Below, piece by piece: positions 8,987 to 19,520 of a stretch of DNA of 58,962 nucleotides. This stretch comes from Burkholderiales bacterium. GTDB taxonomy: Bacteria; Pseudomonadota; Gammaproteobacteria; Burkholderiales; SG8-39. Location of the stretch: positions 1 through 58,962 of the forward strand of contig DASXKY010000069.1 of assembly GCA_036496555.1 (NCBI GenBank), in the 5' to 3' direction. The notes under the pieces were generated by a model that searched no databases, had not been told where the DNA came from, and worked only from the letters and a program-made list of their open reading frames with translations. The stretch's first letter is position 1. Every line of letters starts with the position of its first letter. Made by a program: the position numbers and the translations under genes.

Positions 8987-9202
8987 CTAGTAGCGCTCGG
9001 CGCCGCGCACCAGGTCGGCGCAGCGCAGGAACACCGCGTCGGGCGGATGGCCGATGCCCTGCAGCCAGTCTTCCACGGTCTTCACAGCCACGCCGAGAAA
9101 TTCCGCGAGCTTGTGTTCGCCGCCGAGCGCGATGCACGCATCGTGCAGCAGCCGGATGTAGATGTGATTGTTCTTTGCTGTCGAGGGGCAGATGTCTTGC
9201 AC
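8987..9202 (-). CDS. small hypothetical protein with possible HTH
   Basis: 71-aa ORF, same strand and 72 nt downstream of the MHYT kinase gene. The segment KLAEFLGVAVKTVEDWLQG looks like a helix-turn-helix. GC3 is high over most of the ORF. No family recognised. Confidence 0.4.
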   Translation of the reverse strand: MQDICPSTAKNNHIYIRLLHDACIALGGEHKLAEFLGVAVKTVEDWLQGIGHPPDAVFLRCADLVRGAERY

Positions 9203-9274
9203 GCGGCATCATTGCACGCCGCTCGGTTGCGCCTTGTGGCGAAAACCCGCGGCGTTTTGTAGGGCGGCCGGCGA

Positions 9275-11155
9275 CTAGCTCCGGCGCGCGCGCTCCTTGC
9301 CGACGGCGGCCGGCGCCTCGTCGATGAGCGCAAGCAGCGAAGCTATCGCCGCCGGCTTGGCGACATGCATATCGAAGCCGGCCTTGCGCGCACGCTCGCG
9401 GTCGGCGGCTAGCCCGTAACCCGTCAGCGCGACGAGGTAGGCGCGCGATCCGGCGCGGCGCAGCCGCCGCGCCAGCTCGTAGCCGTCGATCCCCGGCAGT
9501 CCGATGTCGACGAGCGCGACGTCGGGATGCGTGCCGATGATCTTGTCGAGGCCTTCCACGCCGTCGCGCGCGGTGACCACGCGATGGCCGGCGCCCTCGA
9601 GGACCCGCTGCAGGCTCGCGCGGGCGTCGTCGGCGTCCTCGACCAGCACCACGCTGCGCGGGGCGGCGACGCGCGCGGATGCCGCCCGCGCTGCGCGCGC
9701 CGTCGGCGTCTCGATCGCCGGCAGCCGCACGCTGAAAAGCGCTCCGCGGCCGGGCCCCTCGCTCGCGACGCTCACCTCGCCGCCGTGCGCCTCGACGATC
9801 CGCTGCACGAGGGTGAGGCCGACGCCGAGGCCGCCGCGCGAGCGCGAGATGCCCTGCCGGCCCTGGAAGAAAAGCTCAAAGACGTGAGCCGCCGTCTCGT
9901 GGTCGAGGCCGACGCCGTCGTCACTCACCTCGACCAGTGCGCCGCCGCCTTCGCGCCGCACGCGGATTTCGATCGAGCCGCCCGGCGCGGTGTGGTTGAC
10001 CGCGTTCGTGACCAGGTTGGTCACCACCTGCTCGACACGCGTGCGGTCGCCGTTCACCCACACCGGCGCGCCTTCGCAGCGCACGCTGCGCCCCTCGGTC
10101 TTGCCCGTCGCCGCGAGCGTGCGCAGCGCCGCCTGCACCGCCTGGTCGAGGCCGAGCGGCTGCAGGTCGAGCGACATCTTGCCGCTGATGGCGCGGCCGA
10201 CGTCGAGCAGATCCTCTACCATGGAGTTGAGGTGCTGCGACTGGCGCGCGATCACGCCGCGGGCGAAGCCGAACTCGGACGTCGCGGGCTGCGATTTCTC
10301 GAGCAGGTGCACCGCCGCCGCGATCGCGGCCAGCGGGTTGCGCAGCTCGTGCCCCAGCATGGCGAGGAATTCGTCCTTGGCGCGGCTGCTCTCCTCCGCT
10401 TCCGCGAGCGAGGCCTGCATGCGCGCCGCGCGCGCAGCAGCCTGGGCGTCGATGAGCAGAAGCAGCAGCGTGCCGAACAGCACGAACAGCGTGATCACCG
10501 TCACCGCGCCGGCGAGCCAAGCGCGGTCGACTACCGCCACGCCCGTGCTCACCGCGTTTGCCGGGAAGCGCGCCGCCACCATGCCGGCATAGTGCATCCC
10601 GGTGATGGCGAGGCCCATGCCGAGGGCGCCGAACGCGCGGCGGTGCCGCCAGAAGCGCGCGTCGCCGCGCTCGGTGAAAGCCACCCACATGGCTGCGACG
10701 GAAGCGGCGATGGCGATCGCGAGGGACAAGCCCACCCAGAACGGGTCGTAGCGGATGGGCGGCGTGATTTCGATGGCGGCCATGCCGACGTAGTGCATCG
10801 AGCAGATGCCGATGCCCATCGCGATGCCCGCACTGCTCAGGCGCGATGGCGTCACGCGACCGCGCGCCGCGATGTGCAGCGCGAAGGTCGAGACCGCGAT
10901 CGCGATCACCAGCGAGAGCAGCGTGACCGGCAGGTCGTAGATGATCGGCAGCGGCACCGCGAGGGCCAGCATGCCGACGAAATGCATCGCCCAGACGCCG
11001 GTGCCCATCGCGAAACCACCGCCCGCCAGCCAGGCGCGCGCAGCGACGCCCTGGGCGAGGCTGATCCGCGACGCGAGGTTGAGCGCGGTATACGACGCCA
11101 GCACTGCGACCAGCAGCGAGACGAGCACGAGGCCGTGGTGATAGTGCTGATGCAC
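9275..11155 (-). CDS. hybrid sensor histidine kinase/response regulator with N-terminal MHYT domain
   Basis: Three membrane MHYT motifs (MHFVGM, MHYVGM, MHYAGM). H-box FLAMLGHELRNPL, HATPase region (GGLGVGLTLV) and a C-terminal receiver (VALVDIGLPGIDGYEL). Confidence 0.88.
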   Translation of the reverse strand: MHQHYHHGLVLVSLLVAVLASYTALNLASRISLAQGVAARAWLAGGGFAMGTGVWAMHFVGMLALAVPLPIIYDLPVTLLSLVIAIAVSTFALHIAARGRVTPSRLSSAGIAMGIGICSMHYVGMAAIEITPPIRYDPFWVGLSLAIAIAASVAAMWVAFTERGDARFWRHRRAFGALGMGLAITGMHYAGMVAARFPANAVSTGVAVVDRAWLAGAVTVITLFVLFGTLLLLLIDAQAAARAARMQASLAEAEESSRAKDEFLAMLGHELRNPLAAIAAAVHLLEKSQPATSEFGFARGVIARQSQHLNSMVEDLLDVGRAISGKMSLDLQPLGLDQAVQAALRTLAATGKTEGRSVRCEGAPVWVNGDRTRVEQVVTNLVTNAVNHTAPGGSIEIRVRREGGGALVEVSDDGVGLDHETAAHVFELFFQGRQGISRSRGGLGVGLTLVQRIVEAHGGEVSVASEGPGRGALFSVRLPAIETPTARAARAASARVAAPRSVVLVEDADDARASLQRVLEGAGHRVVTARDGVEGLDKIIGTHPDVALVDIGLPGIDGYELARRLRRAGSRAYLVALTGYGLAADRERARKAGFDMHVAKPAAIASLLALIDEAPAAVGKERARRS

Positions 11156-11237
11156 GCAGCGATTATAGGAAGCGCAGGCTACGTGGAAGCGCCGTGCGCG
11201 ACCGCTTCGTAGGGACTTCCCCTACACGCGTGTGACA

Positions 11238-11313
11238 TGGTGCCGGCTGACGGGATCGAACCGCCGACCTTCGGTTTACAAAACCGCTGCTCTACCAGCT
11301 GAGCTAAGCCGGC
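11238..11313 (-). tRNA. tRNA-Thr (anticodon UGU)
   Basis: The reverse complement GCCGGCTTAGCTCAGCTGGTAGAGCAGCGGTTTTGTAAACCGAAGGTCGGCGGTTCGATCCCGTCAGCCGGCACCA folds as a cloverleaf. Anticodon loop is TTTGTAA, the T-loop is GGTTCGATCC, and CCA is encoded. Confidence 0.92.
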
Positions 11314-11346
11314 CCGGACGGGATTATGCGCCTGCGAACCTGCCGG

Positions 11347-11796
11347 CTACTTGATGCGCCGCAGGGTGGGCTTGCCGCCGCCGGGTTTCTTCGGCTCCGA
11401 TGTGGAGGGCGCCGGCAGCGCGGCCGGCGGCTTGGGCGGCGCGGTGTTCTCCGATTCGGCCCGCGACTGCACGCTCGGCTTGGCGCCGTCGATGTCGAAG
11501 GTCATGCCGTGGCCCGTTTCGCGCGCGTACAAGGCGTAGACGTTGTTCATCGGCACGGAGATCTGCCGCGCCACGCCGCCGAAGCGCGCCGAGAATTCGA
11601 TCAGCTCATTGCCCATCTGCAGCTTGTGCACTGCGCTCGGGCTGATGTTGAGGGTGATCTCGCCGTTCTTTACGTACTCGGCGGGTACCTGCGTGCGCGA
11701 ATCGACCTTGACCGCGATGTGCGGCGTATAGCCGTTATCGACGCACCACTCGAACAACGCGCGCAGCAGGTAAGGCTTGGTGGGGATCTCCGCCAT
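11347..11796 (-). CDS. sspB: stringent starvation protein B (ClpXP adaptor)
   Basis: KPYLLRALFEWCVDNGYTPHIAV N-terminal domain with a flexible tail ending LRRIK. Located directly downstream of sspA. Confidence 0.92.
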   Translation of the reverse strand: MAEIPTKPYLLRALFEWCVDNGYTPHIAVKVDSRTQVPAEYVKNGEITLNISPSAVHKLQMGNELIEFSARFGGVARQISVPMNNVYALYARETGHGMTFDIDGAKPSVQSRAESENTAPPKPPAALPAPSTSEPKKPGGGKPTLRRIK

Positions 11797-11803
11797 CGCC
11801 CCG

Positions 11804-12403
11804 CTACTTCCGCATCACCTTCTCGGAGGGGGTGAGGGCCTCGATGAAAGCGGGGCGCGAGAAGATGCGCTCGGCGTATTTCATCAGCGGCGCCGCGGTC
11901 TTGCCGAGCTTGATGCCATAGTGGTCGAGGCGCCAGAGCAGCGGCGCGAGCGCCACGTCGAGCATGCTGAAGTCGTCGCCCAGCATGTGCTTGGTCTTGG
12001 TGAACACCGGCGAGAGCTCGATCAGGCGGTCGCCGACGTACTGGCGCGCCTTCTCCATCGGCTTCTCCTTGCCCGACTCGAGCGCCTCGATGTGGTCGAA
12101 CAGCTCCTTCTCCATGTTGTACAGCATCAGCCGCGCTCGGGCACGCATCACCGGGTCGGCCGGCATCAGCTGCGGGTGCGGGAAGCGCTCGTCGATGTAC
12201 TCGTTGATGATGTTGGACTCGTACAGGATCAGGTCGCGCTCGACCAGCACCGGCAGCCGGTTATACGGATTCATCACTGCGATGTCTTCCGGCTTGTTGT
12301 ACAGGTCGACGTCGATGACCTGGAAGTCCATGCCCTTCTCGTACAGCACGAAGCGGCAGCGATGACTGAAGGGGCAGGTGTTGCCCGAATAGAGTTGCAT
12401 CAT
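11804..12403 (-). CDS. sspA: stringent starvation protein A (GST-like)
   Basis: MMQLYSGNTCPFSHRCRFVLYEKGMDF...LYESNIINEYIDERFPHPQLMP is typical of SspA. 199 aa. Confidence 0.93.
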   Translation of the reverse strand: MMQLYSGNTCPFSHRCRFVLYEKGMDFQVIDVDLYNKPEDIAVMNPYNRLPVLVERDLILYESNIINEYIDERFPHPQLMPADPVMRARARLMLYNMEKELFDHIEALESGKEKPMEKARQYVGDRLIELSPVFTKTKHMLGDDFSMLDVALAPLLWRLDHYGIKLGKTAAPLMKYAERIFSRPAFIEALTPSEKVMRK

Positions 12404-12424
12404 GATCTAGGGTTTCCGGCGAAG

Positions 12425-12447
12425 GCCGCCGGCGCTCGGCCGGCGGC
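12425..12447 (-). other. GC-rich hairpin between petC and sspA (possible attenuator or processing site)
   Basis: Perfect 9-bp stem GCCGCCGGC-gctcg-GCCGGCGGC with no following T-run on the minus strand. Confidence 0.35.
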
Positions 12448-12452
12448 GAGTT

Positions 12453-13148
12453 CTACTTGACGTCCTTCCAGTATTCCTTCTTCAACCAGTAGGCCAGCGG
12501 GAACATCACCAGCGCGAGGAACAGGACCACCGCGATGCCGATGATCTTGCGCTCGCTCGCCGCCGGCTCGCCGACGTAAGACAGGAAAGCGACCAGGTCG
12601 CGCACCGTGGCGTCGTACTCGGTACGGCTCATCGTGCCCTTCGATACCTCGGTCCACTTGTGCGTCGCCGGGTCGTAATTCATCTCGCCCTGCAGCATCC
12701 ACAACGCATGCGGCATGCTGACGTTCGGGAACACCGCGTTGTTCCAGCCCGTGGCCGCTTTCGGGTCGCGATAAAACGTGCGCAGGTAGGTATAGAGCCA
12801 GTCCGGGCCACGCGAGCGAGCAATCACGGAAAGGTCGGGCGGCACCACGCCGAACCACTGCTTCGCCTGTGGCGGCATCGGCGTCTTCATCATGTCGCCG
12901 ACCTTCTCGCCGGTGAACAGGAGGTTCTCGCGGATCTGCGCTTCCGGGATGCCGAGCTCGGTGAGCGACTTATAGCGCACGTATTGCGCCCCGTGGCAGC
13001 CGAGGCAATAGTTGACGAAGGTGCGTGCCCCGGACTGAAGGCTGACCAGATTGTTTACGTCGTGGGGGGATGCGTCGAGACGGTAGCCTCCCTCCGCAGC
13101 CAGGACTCCGAGAGGGAACAGCAGCAGCGAAAAGAAGACCTTTTTCAT
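12453..13148 (-). CDS. petC: cytochrome c1 of the ubiquinol-cytochrome c reductase (bc1) complex
   Basis: Signal peptide MKKVFFSLLLFPLGVLAAEG, heme motif CLGCHG and a C-terminal TM anchor. The ATG at 13148 overlaps the petB stop (ATGA). The longer listed ORF (to 13544) is an upstream extension over petB. Confidence 0.9.
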   Translation of the reverse strand: MKKVFFSLLLFPLGVLAAEGGYRLDASPHDVNNLVSLQSGARTFVNYCLGCHGAQYVRYKSLTELGIPEAQIRENLLFTGEKVGDMMKTPMPPQAKQWFGVVPPDLSVIARSRGPDWLYTYLRTFYRDPKAATGWNNAVFPNVSMPHALWMLQGEMNYDPATHKWTEVSKGTMSRTEYDATVRDLVAFLSYVGEPAASERKIIGIAVVLFLALVMFPLAYWLKKEYWKDVK

Positions 13149-14428
13149 GCCGTCACCCGCTCGGGGACCGGCAGCACCTTGTCGCGCGCGGTGTACCAGG
13201 GCATCAGGAAGAAGAACGCGAAGTACAGGATCGTGCACAGGCGCGCCACCCAGGTCGCGCGCTCCTTGGTGTCGAGGAAGAAGGCGTCGAAGCCGAACTG
13301 GCCCCAGACGGTGGTGGGGTTGACGCCGAGATAGCCGAGGATGAAGAACACCACCACGAAGACGCCGAGCGCCCACTTGTATAGCCGCCCGCGATAGCGA
13401 ATCGACCTCACCGGGCTTCGATCGAGCCACGGCAGGAAGAAGAGGATCATCACCGCCACGCCCATGGCCACCACCCCCGGAAACTGCGACGCGAAGAGCG
13501 GCGGTACCGCGCGCAGGATCGAGTAGTACGGCGTGAAGTACCACACCGGCGCGATGTGCTCGGGGGTCTTCAGCGGGTCGGCCGGAATGAAGTTATTGGC
13601 CTCGATGCCGTAGCCGCCCATCTCCGGCACGAAGAACAGCACTGCGCAGAAGATGATCAGGAACACCACCGCGCCCAGCAGATCCTTCACCGTGTAGTAC
13701 GGGTGGAAGGGGATGCCGTCGAGCGGGTGCCCGCTTGAGTCCTTGTGCTTCTTGATCTCCACGCCGTCGGGGTTGTTCGAGCCCACGTCGTGCAGCGCGA
13801 GGATGTGCGCCACCACCAGACCGAGCAGCACCAGCGGGAAGGCGATGACATGCAGCGCGAAGAAGCGGTTCAGCGTCACGTCGGACACGACGTAGTCGCC
13901 GCGGATCCACTGCGACAGCTCGGTGCCGATGAACGGCACCGTGCCGAACAGATTGACGATCACCTGCGCACCCCAGTACGACATCTGCCCCCAGGGCAGC
14001 AGATAGCCGAAGAATGCCTCGCCCATCAGGGTGAGGTAGATCAGCACGCCGAAAATCCACACCAGCTCGCGCGGCTCCTTGTAGGAGCCGTAAAGCAGGC
14101 CGCGGAACATGTGCAGGTAGACGACGATGAAGAAGGCCGAGGCGCCGGTGGTGTGGATGTAGCGGATCAGCCAGCCCGCCGACACATCGCGCATGATGTA
14201 CTCGACGGAGCCGAACGCGAGCGCGGCGTCGGGCTTGTAGTTCATCGTCAGGAAGATGCCCGAGACGATCTGGATGACGAGCACGATCCCCGCCAGGGCG
14301 CCGAAGTAGTACCAGAAGTTGAAGTTTTTCGGCGCGTAGTATTCGGAGGCGTGGATCCTGAACTGCTCGGCGACCGAGGGCATCCTCGCGTCGAACCAGC
14401 CCCACAGGCGCGATACCAGCGTCCCCAT
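13145..14428 (-). CDS. petB: cytochrome b
   Basis: 427 aa. YYAPKNFNFWYYFGALAG, conserved His-containing helices and PEWYF-like PVWYFTPYY. Confidence 0.95.
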   Translation of the reverse strand: MGTLVSRLWGWFDARMPSVAEQFRIHASEYYAPKNFNFWYYFGALAGIVLVIQIVSGIFLTMNYKPDAALAFGSVEYIMRDVSAGWLIRYIHTTGASAFFIVVYLHMFRGLLYGSYKEPRELVWIFGVLIYLTLMGEAFFGYLLPWGQMSYWGAQVIVNLFGTVPFIGTELSQWIRGDYVVSDVTLNRFFALHVIAFPLVLLGLVVAHILALHDVGSNNPDGVEIKKHKDSSGHPLDGIPFHPYYTVKDLLGAVVFLIIFCAVLFFVPEMGGYGIEANNFIPADPLKTPEHIAPVWYFTPYYSILRAVPPLFASQFPGVVAMGVAVMILFFLPWLDRSPVRSIRYRGRLYKWALGVFVVVFFILGYLGVNPTTVWGQFGFDAFFLDTKERATWVARLCTILYFAFFFLMPWYTARDKVLPVPERVTA

Positions 14429-14431
14429 CGC

Positions 14432-15028
14432 TCAGGCTCCCTTGTTTTCTTTGTCTTCGCCGACGACGAGCTTGCCGTCGGCCAGCGTGTAGGGCGGCAC
14501 CACTAGGTTGGTGGGCGCCGGCGAGCCGCGGTAGACGCGCCCGGCGAGGTCGAACTTCGAACCGTGGCAGGGACAGTAGAAGCCGCCCACCCAGTCCGCC
14601 CCCATCTCCGCCTTTGCCTCGGCCGGCCGCAACTGCGGCGAGCAACCGAGGTGCGTGCAGACACCTTCCATCACCATCCACTCCGGGTACTCCGAGCGGT
14701 TCTCGTTCTTCGCGTAGGGGGGCTGCTTGGAGGACTTCGACTCCGGGTCGACGAGGCGCGGCGCGGCTGCCTTCAGCGACTCAATCATTTCCTTGGTGCG
14801 GTGGATCACCCATACCGGCTTGCCACGCCACTCGACTACCGCCAGTTCGCCCGGTGCGACGTGCGTCAGATCGATCTCGACCGGAGCGCCGGCGGCTTTC
14901 GCCTTCTCGGACGGCGTCATGCTCGCGACGAACGGAACCGCAACGCCGACGCCCGCGGCAGCGCCGACGGCCGACGTGGCGACCACCAGGTTGCGCCGCT
15001 TCTTATCTACTTTTTGTTGATCGCTCAT
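14432..15028 (-). CDS. petA: ubiquinol-cytochrome c reductase Rieske iron-sulfur subunit
   Basis: The start MSDQQKVDKKRRNLVVATSAVGAAAG is Tat-like. Rieske boxes CTHLGCSP and CPCHGSKF are present. The listed ORF to 15448 is an unsupported extension. Confidence 0.92.
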   Translation of the reverse strand: MSDQQKVDKKRRNLVVATSAVGAAAGVGVAVPFVASMTPSEKAKAAGAPVEIDLTHVAPGELAVVEWRGKPVWVIHRTKEMIESLKAAAPRLVDPESKSSKQPPYAKNENRSEYPEWMVMEGVCTHLGCSPQLRPAEAKAEMGADWVGGFYCPCHGSKFDLAGRVYRGSPAPTNLVVPPYTLADGKLVVGEDKENKGA

Positions 15029-15179
15029 GGAGATGGAGTTGATTCTGTCCGGCGCAAAAGTGTGCGATTCTAGCGACAGCCTCCGCAAAAGTCCACGATT
15101 TCGCTCGTAAACGCCTAAATTTCCAGAAGAATTTCGTATACTAGCCTCAGGCCACTCTGCTTCCTCCCGCCTCCTCCTC

Positions 15180-16349
<1,170 letters not shown>

Positions 16350-16358
16350 GGGGGAGAC

Positions 16359-18368
16359 ATGACGCTCAGGTTTGGTTTTTCACTGGCAGTTCTTTGCCTG
16401 GTCGGTTGCGCGTCTGCGCCCGACTTTTCCTCGCAGAAGATTCTGCACGCGCACTACGACGGAAATGGCGACGACCTGCTGACCGCCGGCCTCGGCAAGA
16501 CCGGCCTCGGCCTCGCGCAGCCGCCCGCCGTGCGCGAAGCGAAGAATCCCACCGCTGCCGAGCTGCGCCGGCGCGCGATCCACGCCAACTACCGCGCGCT
16601 CGCCGACATGACGCCGGGGGGCGGCTATGGCGTGCTCTACGGGCCGAACCTCGACCTCGCCGGCAAGGACACGCTCGGTGAAGGCAAGGTCGCCGGCGAC
16701 GAGTACCTCACGCTCTTCGACGGGGCCGCGATGATGGTGCAGGTGCCGGACCGCTTCGATCCGAAAAATCCCTGCATCGTCACCGCCAGCTCGTCGGGCT
16801 CGCGCGGCGTCTACGGCGCCGTCGGCACCTCGGGTGAATGGGGGCTGAAGCGCGGATGCGCGGTGGCCTATACCGACAAGGGCACCGGCACCGGCTTCCA
16901 CGACCTTGCCACCGACAGCGTCAACATCGTCACCGGTGAGTGGGTGATCCGGGAAAAGGCCGGCAGCGAGGGCCTCTTCGCCGCGCCGCTCAGCGATGCC
17001 GACCGCACCCGCTACCTGCGCGAGTTTCCGAACCGCATCGCGGTCAAGCAGGCGCACTCGCAGCGCAATCCCGAGAAGGACTGGGGCCGCTATACGCTCG
17101 CCGCGGTCGACTTCGCGTTTCACGTCCTCAACGGCCTGAAAGATCAGCGCGCCGGGCAGTACACGCCGGAGAACACGCTCGTCATCGCTTCCAGCGTCTC
17201 GAACGGCGGCTACTCCGCACTGATGGCGGCCGAGCAGGATACGCGCGGCCTCATCGACGGCGTGGCGGTGTCGGAGCCGAACGTCTCGCTCGCCGACGTG
17301 CGATCGCTGCTCGACTACACCACGCTCCTCAACGTCTACCTGCCTTGCGCTTCGCTCGCCGCCCAGGGCGCGCCCCTCAACACGGTGGCGCAGTCGCTGC
17401 GCGAAGCGCGCTGCGAATCGCTCGCGAAGAAAGGCCTGCTGAAATCGGGCGACCTCGCCGGCCAGGCGGCCGAGAGCCAGAAGATCCTGCTCGACTACGG
17501 CTTCCTTCCCGACGCGATGCTCACGCTGCCTTCGCACTACACGCTGTACGTGCCGCAGAGCATCTCGCTGCTCTATGCAACGAGCTACGGCCGCTTCTCG
17601 GTGACCGATAACCTTTGCGGCTACAGCTACGCCGCCACCGCGGCTTCGGGCGACAACGCCGCTCAGCCGGTTCCGGCGACGGGACTCGAGCTCTCCTTCG
17701 CCAGCTCGAACGGCATTCCGCCGACTGGCGGCGTCAACATGGTGAACAATCTGTCGACCGGGGGCGCGCGCGAGGACCGGCTGTCGATCTCGCCCTCCAC
17801 CGGCGCGCGCGATATGAACCTCGACGGCGCGCTGTGCTTGCGCTCGCTCGCCACCGGCACCGACGCGGCGGGCAAGCCGCTCGAGGGCGCGGCCGCCGAG
17901 CAGTATCGCCGCGTGCAGGCCGGCATCGCCGAAACGCGCCTCACCGGCAAGCTGAACGGCAAGCCCGCGATCTTCGTGCAAGGGCGCGCCGACGCCATCC
18001 TGCCGCCCAACTTCACCTCGCGCGCCTACTTCGCGCGCAATAAGGCGCTCGAGCCGAACTCGAAGCTCTATTACTACGAGGTCACCAACGCGCACCACCT
18101 GGACGTGCTGAACGGCGTGCCCGGCTTCGACGGCCGCTACGTGCCGCTGCACGTCTACTTCATCCAGTCGCTCAACCTGATGTACGACCACCTGAAGAGC
18201 GGCCGCCCGCTGCCGACCTCGCAGCTCGTCCGCACCAGGCCGCGCGAGCAGAAGGACGGCAAGACCGTGCCGATCGACCGCTCCAACGTGCCGCCGATTG
18301 AAGCCGCCCTCGGTCCGAACTCGTTCATCGGCATCGGCCTCGACGGAAAGCTGCGAATTCCCGACTAA
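16359..18368 (+). CDS. lipoprotein, D-(-)-3-hydroxybutyrate oligomer hydrolase-like (3HBOH family)
   Basis: Lipobox LCLVGC. HYDGNGDDLLTAGLGKTGLG near the N-terminus and the ~670 aa size match my recollection of the 3HB-oligomer hydrolase family. Confidence 0.65.
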   Translation: MTLRFGFSLAVLCLVGCASAPDFSSQKILHAHYDGNGDDLLTAGLGKTGLGLAQPPAVREAKNPTAAELRRRAIHANYRALADMTPGGGYGVLYGPNLDLAGKDTLGEGKVAGDEYLTLFDGAAMMVQVPDRFDPKNPCIVTASSSGSRGVYGAVGTSGEWGLKRGCAVAYTDKGTGTGFHDLATDSVNIVTGEWVIREKAGSEGLFAAPLSDADRTRYLREFPNRIAVKQAHSQRNPEKDWGRYTLAAVDFAFHVLNGLKDQRAGQYTPENTLVIASSVSNGGYSALMAAEQDTRGLIDGVAVSEPNVSLADVRSLLDYTTLLNVYLPCASLAAQGAPLNTVAQSLREARCESLAKKGLLKSGDLAGQAAESQKILLDYGFLPDAMLTLPSHYTLYVPQSISLLYATSYGRFSVTDNLCGYSYAATAASGDNAAQPVPATGLELSFASSNGIPPTGGVNMVNNLSTGGAREDRLSISPSTGARDMNLDGALCLRSLATGTDAAGKPLEGAAAEQYRRVQAGIAETRLTGKLNGKPAIFVQGRADAILPPNFTSRAYFARNKALEPNSKLYYYEVTNAHHLDVLNGVPGFDGRYVPLHVYFIQSLNLMYDHLKSGRPLPTSQLVRTRPREQKDGKTVPIDRSNVPPIEAALGPNSFIGIGLDGKLRIPD

Positions 18369-18374
18369 GCGCGC

Positions 18375-19133
18375 TCAGACCGCGCTGGATTCTTCTTTCG
18401 CCGCCTCTTCCTTGGCGCGCGTGCCGACGAAGCGGGCGAAGAACAGGCCCGCCTCGAACAGGATGCACATCGGCACGGCGAGCATGAACTGCGAGACCAC
18501 GTCTGGCGGCGTGACCACCGCGGCGACGATGAAGGCACCGACAATGACGTAGGGCCGCGCGTCGGCGAGCTTGGCGACGCTGACGACGCCCATCCGCACC
18601 AGCAGGATCACCACGATCGGGATCTCGAAGGTCACGCCGAAGGCGATGAACATGGTGAGAACGAAGTTGAAGTAGGCCTCGATGTCGGGCATCGGGCTGA
18701 TCGACTTCGGCGCGAAGCCCTGGATGAACGCGAACACCTTGCCGAACACGAAGTAGTAGCAGAACGCCACGCCGGCGAAAAACAACAGGGTGCTGGCGAT
18801 GATGAGCGGCGCGGCGAGCTTCTTCTCGTGCTCGTAGAGGCCCGGCGCGACGAAAACCCACGCCTGGTACAGAACGTAGGGCAGCGCGAGCATGAGGGCG
18901 ACGACCGCGGTCACCTTCACCGGGATCATGAAAGGCGTGACCACCCCGGTCGCGATCAGCTTGGCGTCCGGACCCATGACGCTGATGAGCGGCGCGGCAA
19001 GAAAATCGTAGATGACGCCGGAGCCCGGATAGAAGAACAGCGCGACGAAGAGGATCAGCACTGCCGCCGCCGCGTGCATCAGCCGCGCCCGCAGCTCGAT
19101 CAGGTGCGAGATGAAGGATTCCTGGTCGCTCAC
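18375..19133 (-). CDS. tatC: twin-arginine translocase subunit TatC
   Basis: Six-TM protein. SFISHLIELRARL N-terminus, PGLYEHEKK. Confidence 0.93.
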   Translation of the reverse strand: MSDQESFISHLIELRARLMHAAAAVLILFVALFFYPGSGVIYDFLAAPLISVMGPDAKLIATGVVTPFMIPVKVTAVVALMLALPYVLYQAWVFVAPGLYEHEKKLAAPLIIASTLLFFAGVAFCYYFVFGKVFAFIQGFAPKSISPMPDIEAYFNFVLTMFIAFGVTFEIPIVVILLVRMGVVSVAKLADARPYVIVGAFIVAAVVTPPDVVSQFMLAVPMCILFEAGLFFARFVGTRAKEEAAKEESSAV

Positions 19134-19507
19134 GACGGCTTCACGTCCTCTGGCTTCTTCGGCTCAGCGGACGCCGCCTCATGCGAATCGAGCGCCTGGT
19201 TGATCTCGTCGGTGGTCTTCTGCAGTTCCTCGGCGGTCTGCTTGACGTCGCTCTCGACCTTGTTCACCTCGGAGGTGAGGTTGCCCTGAAAGTCGCTCGC
19301 CGCCTGCTGCATCGAGTCGCGCATCTTCTTCAGGTCCTCGAGCTCGATCTCGCGGTTGATGTCGGCCTTGACGTCGGAGACGTAGCGCTGCAGCCGCCCG
19401 GCGAGGTGGCCGAGCGTGCGCGCGACGCGCGGCAACCGCTCGGGGCCGACCACGATCAGCGCGACCACTCCGATCACCATCAATTCCGAGAAGCCTATGT
19501 CGAACAT
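19130..19507 (-). CDS. tatB: twin-arginine translocase subunit TatB
   Basis: MFDIGFSELMVIGVVALIVVGPERLP, then an amphipathic helix and an acidic tail. It overlaps the tatC start by 4 nt. Confidence 0.9.
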   Translation of the reverse strand: MFDIGFSELMVIGVVALIVVGPERLPRVARTLGHLAGRLQRYVSDVKADINREIELEDLKKMRDSMQQAASDFQGNLTSEVNKVESDVKQTAEELQKTTDEINQALDSHEAASAEPKKPEDVKPS

Positions 19508-19520
19508 GTGTCTCTAGAGA

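Noticed and set aside
11155-11347. tRNA-Thr as a possible genomic-island integration site
   Set aside because: No integrase, no direct repeat of the tRNA 3' end, and no compositional break are visible. The flanking genes (a sensor kinase and sspB) look like ordinary chromosomal genes.
12453-13544. Long N-terminal extensions in the ORF track for petC (to 13544). The same applies to petA (to 15448), hisD (to 26321), hisB (to 23996), hisF (to 21760), hisH (to 23110), hisE/hisI, the HIT gene, ibaG and the cofD-downstream ORF (from 5191).
   Set aside because: The extensions overlap the upstream gene and are Arg/Pro/Gly-rich. Each conserved protein begins at an internal ATG, GTG or TTG that sits at or just after the upstream stop codon (ATGA/GTGA coupling). 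The shorter coordinates were used.
16380-18191. 603-aa antisense ORF opposite the 3HB-oligomer hydrolase-like gene. Similar long antisense or shadow ORFs occur at 9527-11212, 15147-16331, 24645-26285, 26427-28304, 37538-39235, 3014-4588 and 52532-53599.
   Set aside because: All overlap well-supported genes on the other strand or in another frame. They have low-complexity R/A/G/P/D-rich translations and no recognisable domains. I treat them as high-GC artefacts.
18368-18390. Short palindrome AGCGCG-ctcagac-CGCGCT between the convergent hydrolase-like gene and tatC as a terminator
   Set aside because: The stem is only 6 bp, it overlaps the tatC stop region, and there is no T-run on either strand. 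The evidence is too weak to call.
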